This document shows, in pieces, positions 56,277 through 64,000 of a DNA stretch of 64,000 nt. Source of the stretch: Octopus vulgaris (Eukaryota); contig OX597827.1 of the NCBI GenBank assembly GCA_951406725.2, positions 45,322,001 to 45,386,000 of the forward strand. The letters run 5' to 3'. The number at the start of each line of letters is the position of its first letter. The first letter of the stretch is position 1. The position numbers and the translations under genes were made by a program. The notes under the pieces are model-generated. The model did not search any database. It was not told the origin of the DNA and was given only the letters and a program-made list of their open reading frames with translations.

Positions 56277-56656
56277 GGAGGCGCAATGGCCCAGTGGTTA
56301 GGGCAGCGGACTCGCGGTCATAGGATCGCGGTTTCGATTCCCAGACCGGGCGTTGTGAGTGTTTATTGAGCGAAAACACCTAAAGCTCCACGAACTCCGG
56401 CAGGGGATGGTGGTGATCCCTGCTGTACTCTTTCACCACAACTTTCTCTCACTCTTACTTCCTGTTTCTGTTGTACCTGTATTTCAAAGGGCCGGCCTTG
56501 TCACTCTCTGTGTCACGCTGAATATCCCCGAGAACTACGTTAAGGGTACACGTGTCTGTGGAGTGCTCAGCCACTTACACGTTAAATTCACGAGCAGGCT
56601 GTTCCCTTGATACGGATCAACCGGAACCCTCGTCGTCGTAACCGACGGAGGCTTCC
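56277..56656 (+). mobile_element. SINE family B variant, well preserved, in (TATG)n
   Basis: A box TGGCCCAGTGG, B box GGTTTCGATTCCC; 3' half shared with 43371. Confidence 0.88.
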
Positions 56657-56710
56657 GTCATGTATGTATGTATGTATGTATGTATGTATGTATGTATGTA
56701 TGTATGTACG

Positions 56711-56744
<34 letters not shown>

Positions 56745-56796
56745 TGTATGTATGTATGTATGTATGCATACATGTGTGTGTGTGTGTGTATATATG

Positions 56797-57108
56797 CTTT
56801 TACTCTTTTACTCTTTTACTTGTTTCAGTCATTTGACTCTGTGGTCATGCTGGAGCACCGCCTTTAGTCGAGCAAATCGACCCCAGGACTTATTCTTTGT
56901 AAGCCGAATACTTATTCTATCGGTCACTTTTGCCGAGCCGCTGGGTTACGGGAACGTAAACACACCAGCATCAATTGTCAAGCGATGTTGCGGGGGACAA
57001 ATACAGACACACAAACACACACACACACATATATGTACATATATACACATACATACATACATACATACATACATACATACATACATACATACATACATAC
57101 ATACATAC

Positions 57109-57146
<38 letters not shown>

Positions 57147-57308
57147 GACGGGCTTCTTTCAGCTTCCATCTACCAAATCTACTCACAAGGCTTTGGTCGG
57201 TCCGAGTTTATAGTAGAAGACACTTGCCCAAGGTGCACGCAGTGGTACTGAACCCGGAACCATGTGGTTGGTAAGCAATCTACTTACCACACAGTCACTT
57301 TTGCGCCT
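56797..57308 (-). mobile_element. SINE family A, full length
   Basis: Tail through head; expanded internal (CATA)n/(TA)n. Confidence 0.9.
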
Positions 57309-57692
57309 ATATATATATATAATAAAATAAATTTTCAGGATCAAGTGGAATCAAGGTACTTAAGTAACAAAGATACCAATGTAGAATCGGGTATGACATA
57401 TCTGTGCCCTAACGTACTTACCAAAGAAAATATAGATGTATATTTCCTATTAAGCATATATTCACAAGTAAGGACTAAATATACAAAGTATACGTAAAGT
57501 CACGCAGGAGTATACTTCGGTACATATTCTATGGTCCACTGTACGCTCAAAATCCAACACAGGGAAGGTTTCGAGTGTAGTGAAGTACAAATAGTAACAC
57601 AGATGGATAAATGTTTAATGATATAATCGATTTGTTCATCAAGAAAGAACGCCTCTGAAACAGCTGTAGTGAAGCTTTCTGCTCATCTGTGT

Positions 57693-57723
<31 letters not shown>

Positions 57724-58448
57724 ATAAATGAAGGGGTTGTGTTGACCGCACGTGGAGAAATGATAGGCAAGGAAAAATTATAAAAAGGCAGGATGCTAAA
57801 TTGAAAGAAAATTTTAATGAAAATGGGTGTATGGAAAATTTCGAAAAATTGATAAGATATATATATATTAATTCAAACCGGTTTTCGTCACAATGTGACT
57901 TTTCAAGAATTGTAAAGAAAATTTTTTTGTTAAATTTGAGGAGGGAGAAAAAAGAAAATTACATTGTTTGTTGCAAAAAAATAATAATAAATATTCAAAA
58001 ATTAAAAAAATAGGTACTCCGATACATTGTAAAGTCTGTGTATCTTAAGTTTAATGATAGTTCTTGAAAAAATTACCTTGGAGGATTGAGATCCATGGGA
58101 TTAAATCCATGTGCTGTTTAATTTAATTAAGGATGTCTCTTATGTAAAATGGCAAACCAGGAAGTAGTAGTCCAGTTTCTGTGAATAAGGGGAAACAACT
58201 CTATGGGTTTTAAGCTCTTCAATTTGGGTTTATCAATTTTTTGTAATAAAGGGTGTTAATAAACCTTAAATTATAAAATTACCATTTTAGCTTCATTTGC
58301 ATTAACTTTTTTTTATATAATTGTTTGCTAACTTAACATTCAGATTTTAACACTTTATTTATATTGTTTTCTAATTATATAAATTTACATAAACCAATTT
58401 ATAATTACATTTCAGATTGTTCTGTCATATATAATAAAAATAATAAAT

Positions 58449-59234
58449 TATAATGTCGCGCCGTATTGTAATAATGCACAAAGAAACAGTGGAGTCTCGG
58501 AGAAGATCCAGTATAGTCAAAGCACAACTGACAGTAACAGAACATGTAGAACTAGAACTAGGTAAGTTTTGTGGTTTAATCCGACATTTAATATTGCCAT
58601 GAAACCCAATATAGGTAGGGAATTCTTAAAACTAATTTCTAAGCACTTTCAAGTAAACCATAACTTCTATAGAATTTTTAATTGGAGAACGCTGAAGGTT
58701 AGCTATTCTTGTTGCAAGAGCTTCACCTCTTAAATTAACCAGCAAAACGCGAAAACCGTTAGAAGTAACCACAGTGCCGGGAATAATAATAAGAATTGTA
58801 ATTGAAAAGAACAAAGTTGCTGTCCGTTAAGAGGAAATTGTCTAGAGAAAGGAATAGTATATAGAGCTAAGGTGCAAATAGATGGCTCACAAGCATACAA
58901 GAAGTATACAGGAGCTTCGGAAAATTCCTCCAAGACTAGATTATATTCCGATCGAAATTCATTTTGATACCCTTAAAATAGAACTGCAACGAGTCTCGCT
59001 AAACATGCCTGGCAATTGAAAGAAAATGATACCTGTCCTTTCAAAATCAGCTGGATAATGTTGGAGAAAGCAGCAGCATTTAAACATAGAGCATATAGAA
59101 GCCCAATGAGGTGCAATTTGTGCCTGAGTGAAAAGTTTTTCATTCTGTTTCAGGATAATTACGCACTGAACCAAAGACGGGAGCTTTTAATTTCCTGCAG
59201 ACACGCCATGAAATATAAAATGTCGCGTGAATAA
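58449..59234 (+). mobile_element. Penelope-like element (Naiad-like) 3' ORF remnant: RT thumb/linker plus GIY-YIG endonuclease
   Basis: One unbroken frame: APY..AQRNSG...WFNPTFN...NIGREFLKLISKHF...IFN..TLKVSYSC...CN*KEQSCCPLRGNCL..GIVYRAKV...YTG...RCNLCLSEK...LNQRRELLISCRH; five in-frame stops (58563, 58731, 58803, 58965, 58974). Confidence 0.9.
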
Positions 59235-59688
59235 ATATCGTACGGATAACATTGACTTTCGCATTTGAAATTGACTTTTTCACCTAAAAACCATTTAGTA
59301 CGACATCCATCTTACATTTTCGCCTTTCAAGAAAACCTTCGACAGGATACAAACTATATATTTCTATTTTTATTATATTTTTATTTTTATGATTTTTATT
59401 TTCATGATTTTACTGTAATTATTATTTTTCAATGCACCTTTTAAAAATTGTAATTTACATTGAAATTTAGCCCATAAAATACCTCTCAACGTTGGTTTTT
59501 TTAATGCACATCTATAAAAGTGCATCTGCAATAGCCCTAAATGTGTTTTAAGATATCGAATACCTGAATAGATTTTTTTAGTAATTTGTTTTATCTTATA
59601 ATTTATTATTATTATTATTTATTATTATTATTTAATTATTTTACTTTCATTGCATTTATTTATCATTATTAACATCATCATCATCGTT

Positions 59689-60171
59689 AAAGTGGCAAGC
59701 TGGAAGGATCGTTAGCAAGCCGGGCGAAACACTTAGCGATATTTCGTCTGTCTTTACGTTCTGAGTTCAAATTCCGCCGAGGTTGACTTTGCCTTTCATC
59801 CTTTCGGGGTCGATTAAATAACTATCAGTTACGCACTGGGGTCGATATAATCGACTTAATCCGCTTGTCTGTCTTTGTTTGTCCCTTCTGTGTTTAGCCC
59901 CTTGTGGGTAGTAAAGAAATAGATATTTCGTCTGCCGTTACGTTCTGAGTTCAAATTGCACCGAGGTCGACTTTGCCTTTCATCCTTTCGGGGTCGATTG
60001 AATAAGTACCAGTTACGCACTGGGATCGATATAATCGACTTAATCCGTTTGTCTGTCCTTGTTTATCCTCTCTGTGTCTAGCCCCTTGTGGGTAGTAAAG
60101 AAATATGTATTTCGTCTGTTTTTACTTTCTGAGTTCAAATTCCGCCGAGGTCGACTTTGCCTTTCATCCTT
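59689..60171 (+). mobile_element. SINE family C tandem multimer (184-bp period, ~2.3 units)
   Basis: atttcgtctg recurs at 59741, 59925 and 60109. Confidence 0.9.
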
Positions 60172-60180
60172 TATATATTA

Positions 60181-60344
60181 ACGACGGGTTTCCTTCAGTT
60201 TCCGTATACAAAATCCACTCACAAGGCTTTGGTCGGCCCGAGGCTAAACCAGAAGATACTTGTCGAAGTTGCCACACAGTGGGACTGAACCTGAAACTAT
60301 GTGGCTGGGAAGCAAGTTTCTTACCACACAGACACTCCTGCGCC
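60181..60344 (-). mobile_element. SINE family A 5' half
   Basis: Head to the internal-microsatellite boundary. Confidence 0.85.
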
Positions 60345-60741
60345 TGAACACACACACACACACACACACACACACTCGTATATATAAACCCATATGGGTT
60401 TAGGTGATAAGGCCGAACGTGCGAAGGGGAATTTCAAATGACTTAGATATAAGCATATCAATAGTTTGACTGACCGAACACTCGGCTTTCTGCGTTTTTA
60501 AATGAATTCGGGGTAATTGTGAAAGACGGCCTTCAAAAAGCTCATATCAAAAAAACCCCCCAAAAACATGCAAAATAATAGCGTCAGAATAAGTATTTGG
60601 GTGGGGGTGGAGCAAATGTCTTAAAACATTTATTTGCAGTTTTAGAACAACGGTTATTACAGAAAAACTTTATAAAGTGTACTGTTCTTTTTTATCATGC
60701 CACGCGTAAAGAAGAAATGGCATACGAGAATATATACGTAC

Positions 60742-60815
<74 letters not shown>

Positions 60816-61420
60816 AACATGTATAAAAGATAATTTATACTTACATATATATATGTACATATACACATACATACAAATACATACGCACATGCAAATGCAC
60901 ACACGCACACACAACAAATACACACAGGCATGCACAAATACATACATACACACACACACAAATATACACGCACAAACACATATCATAACAGGGGTACAGT
61001 ATCGAAGACAATACGGGATTTTGAATAGTTTATCTATCGAATTCTTCCATCTTTCAAATGCTTTCATTATTGAATAGTTCACTTAAATTTTTTCTATACA
61101 AACGCAAACAAACTTAACGGCTGAAAGACCAAATTTTCATTGATTGATAGCACGCGCTTTCACTTGCTTATTTCCCTTTGAATGCACTCTTTTGCAGTGT
61201 ATTCCTAATAAAATTATTTTTTAAAAAAGGAAACAACATTTTAAAACGTTTGGTATGTTTACGTTTCTATCAAAAGCAAAAACAAAAATGGAAACATTCA
61301 ACAAGGAGAGATGTTAAAGATGGGATGTATTTGGTAAATAAATATTTACAGCTCTTGCTTATCTTCGACGTCATATCCATGCAGTGTACTAATTTGAAAT
61401 ATATGTGTGCGTGTGCATGT

Positions 61421-61480
<60 letters not shown>

Positions 61481-61625
61481 ATATGTATACATGTATAAGT
61501 ATATATATGTGTGTGTGTAATATATGTATATGCATATGTATATATGATCATGTATACATGTACATGTATATGTATACATATATGCATAGACATATACATA
61601 CACACACACACACATATATATATAT

Positions 61626-61794
<169 letters not shown>

Positions 61795-61987
61795 GTAATG
61801 TAAGTACAGCACTTCTGTAAGTAAATATCATCATCGTATTCTGCTTGCTTTTATTATTCTTACAGAGCATGATAAAAAATATTCATGTTACGTTTCTCAA
61901 ATAAGCTCGCATTTAAAACAGTAAAAAAAGAAAACTTTTTAAACGTTCAACTACTACTACTACTACTACTACTATCACTAATAATAA

Positions 61988-62156
61988 TGGTTTCAAGTTT
62001 TCGCCACACGGGCAGCCATTTTACTGGGACTTAGTTAATCGACTCCGAAAAGATAAAAGGCAAAGTCGACCTTCGCGGAATTTGAAACCAGAACGTAGTG
62101 ACGGGCGAAATACAGCTAAGCATTTCGTCCAGGGCGCTAACGATGCCGCCAGCTCG
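61988..62156 (-). mobile_element. SINE family C, diverged
   Basis: aaaggcaaagtcgacct..gcggaatttgaa...gccagctcg. Confidence 0.78.
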
Positions 62157-62280
62157 AATAATAATGCTCTCTATAGAATAACTGATATAAATGGTGGCTG
62201 GTTGATTCCTTCAGTCATGTTTTATATAATAAAAAAAATTACTGAAATTCGACCTCACACTTGGTCTCATGTTCAGTCCC

Positions 62281-62313
<33 letters not shown>

Positions 62314-62460
62314 TGTATGTATGTATGTATGTATGTATGTATGTATGTATGTATGTATGTATTATGTATGTATTATGTATGTATATATGTATATAATAAT
62401 ATAAATAATATATATATATGCATATATACATACATATATGTACATACTTACATCTATAGT

Positions 62461-62517
<57 letters not shown>

Positions 62518-62524
62518 TATGTGG

Positions 62525-62682
62525 ACACAGGACGTCACGTGTACAACAACAAAAAATACGAAGTACGAGTACATAAAATATGAACTATTTTTTCGAACAA
62601 TTAAAGACACAAACAAGACAGGCAATATAAAGAATATCACTTCATCAGTTGTTGGCTGTTTTTCTTCTCTCGTATTTCGAGC

Positions 62683-62685
<3 letters not shown>
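62525..62685. mobile_element. TA-embedded short element, relative of 33675-33890
   Basis: Shares acaggacgtcac and ataaagaa...cttcatcagttgt.ggctgt. Confidence 0.6.
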
Positions 62686-62749
<64 letters not shown>

Positions 62750-62759
62750 GTACATAGTA

Positions 62760-63320
62760 GATACATGGAAAAAGGACATGGAGAGAAATATGTTCGTAAG
62801 TTTGGATCAGGTGAGAAAAACAAAAGAGGAGAACGTTTGGTTACCGCGGCAGAAGCAAGACGACTATAAAATGGGAACAGCGTATACATCCCGGTCGATA
62901 AAAGACACATATTGCAGGATGTCTCAGTAGTAGTGCCATTCCACACAGGCAGTGGTCATCGTTTGCCGCAGGCAAAAATCGTGATGAATGAAATCAGAGA
63001 GAAAAAGGCTCTGCATGTCTCAATCAAGAATACGTGTCAAATACTTTGATGGGAAACAGTTACAGGAAGCTATCCACAAGAAAATTTGTGGTCAACTTGA
63101 AGAGCTCGGTGAGGACTTCAATTTGCTTGGCCAGATAATTAAAAGCTTCATATGGAGAGCAAAAACTGCAAGCCAGCGGGAGTCTGGCGGAAGAATCTCG
63201 GGGGGAAATGATGAAACTGTTAGAGGAAAGGAAAATGATGAAGAGGAACATGAAAGTTCACCTCGAGTATTCCATTCCCTACAAAGCGATCCGACAATAT
63301 CTAAGAAATGCCACCAGTAA
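62760..63320 (+). mobile_element. Degraded RTE-type LINE APE endonuclease C-terminal fragment
   Basis: [17 protein letters not shown] and [21 protein letters not shown] match G.FG.G.RN.RGERL and F.TGSDHRL motifs. Confidence 0.75.
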
Positions 63321-63667
63321 TTACTCAGGGTAGGCAGTTGGCGGCTTTTATGTAGTAAAACACACTGCCTTTATAGTGCGTAAAAAAGGTTGTTATAGAA
63401 ATGTACGCAGCACTATGCGTAGCTTAAATACTGAGAGTGAAAAACGGGGCGAATTATGACTTTCTGATCTACAAATAAATAAATAAATAAATAAAAGATT
63501 TTGCCTTTTATGCATAGTAATCAGACTAACCTTCATTATTTTATTGAATTAGCTGCATATTTTGCCATGGTAGGAAAACGTTTCTATCAATCGATTTTAT
63601 TCAAGGTAGGCACAGCCTACGTTGCCTACCTAGGAAGCACGACCTTGTACACATATATATATATAAT

Positions 63668-63820
63668 TTTATTATTCTTTTTTATTTGTTTCAGTCATTT
63701 GACTGCGGCCATGCTGAACCACCGCCTTTAGTCAAGCAAATCGAGCCCAGGACTTATTCTTTGTACGCCTAGTACTTATTTAATCGGACACTTTTGCCGA
63801 ACCGCTAACTTACGGGGATG
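63668..63820 (-). mobile_element. SINE family A 3' part
   Basis: Family A tail region. Confidence 0.85.
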
Positions 63821-63866
63821 TATATGTATATATGTACATATATAGATGTATATATATATCTATATG

Positions 63867-63900
<34 letters not shown>

Positions 63901-63934
63901 TGTATGTATGTATGTATGTATGTATGTATGTATG

Positions 63935-63965
<31 letters not shown>

Positions 63966-64000
63966 ATGTCTGTCTGTCTGTTTATGTATGTATGTATGTA

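Noticed and set aside
56277-56350. tRNA gene
   Set aside because: A and B boxes are present but there is no acceptor stem, and the sequence continues into a multi-copy SINE body.
57655-57675. GAAACAGCTGTA as a hammerhead 3' half
   Set aside because: No upstream CUGANGA with a matching stem I was found; at most a fragment.
58411-58567. tttcag acceptor and GTAAGT donor flanking part of the Penelope remnant as an exonised segment
   Set aside because: Short signals are common by chance, and element homology continues in frame across the donor; needs RNA evidence.
59689-60171. CRISPR-like array
   Set aside because: Full-length tandem units without unique spacers, in a eukaryotic context with no cas genes.

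Overview
This is AT-rich, microsatellite-saturated eukaryotic non-coding DNA. The repeat families resemble those of octopus/cephalopod genomes (inference from recalled repeat sequences). No intact host protein-coding gene is supported, and nearly all listed ORFs are read-throughs of microsatellites. The window holds three tRNA-derived SINE families (about 28 copies or fragments), degraded LINEs (RLE-type R4/Dong/NeSL-like, RTE, Tx1/L1-like), Penelope-like (GIY-YIG) remnants, two mariner MITEs, one hAT MITE with an 8-bp TSD, and non-autonomous Helitrons. The most striking signal is a set of type I hammerhead ribozyme (HHR) motifs found by eye, six of them within 21.1-24.0 kb. That cluster includes a 268-bp near-perfect inverted repeat carrying one complete HHR on each strand, two cores with a U3-A8 swap, and two of three HHRs with an unusually long (59-67 nt) stem II; the third is at 37.4 kb. 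A Naiad-like Penelope remnant has TGA exactly at a conserved Cys position. All folding and translation was done by hand, with no database search, and repeat boundaries are approximate unless TSDs or TIRs are given.
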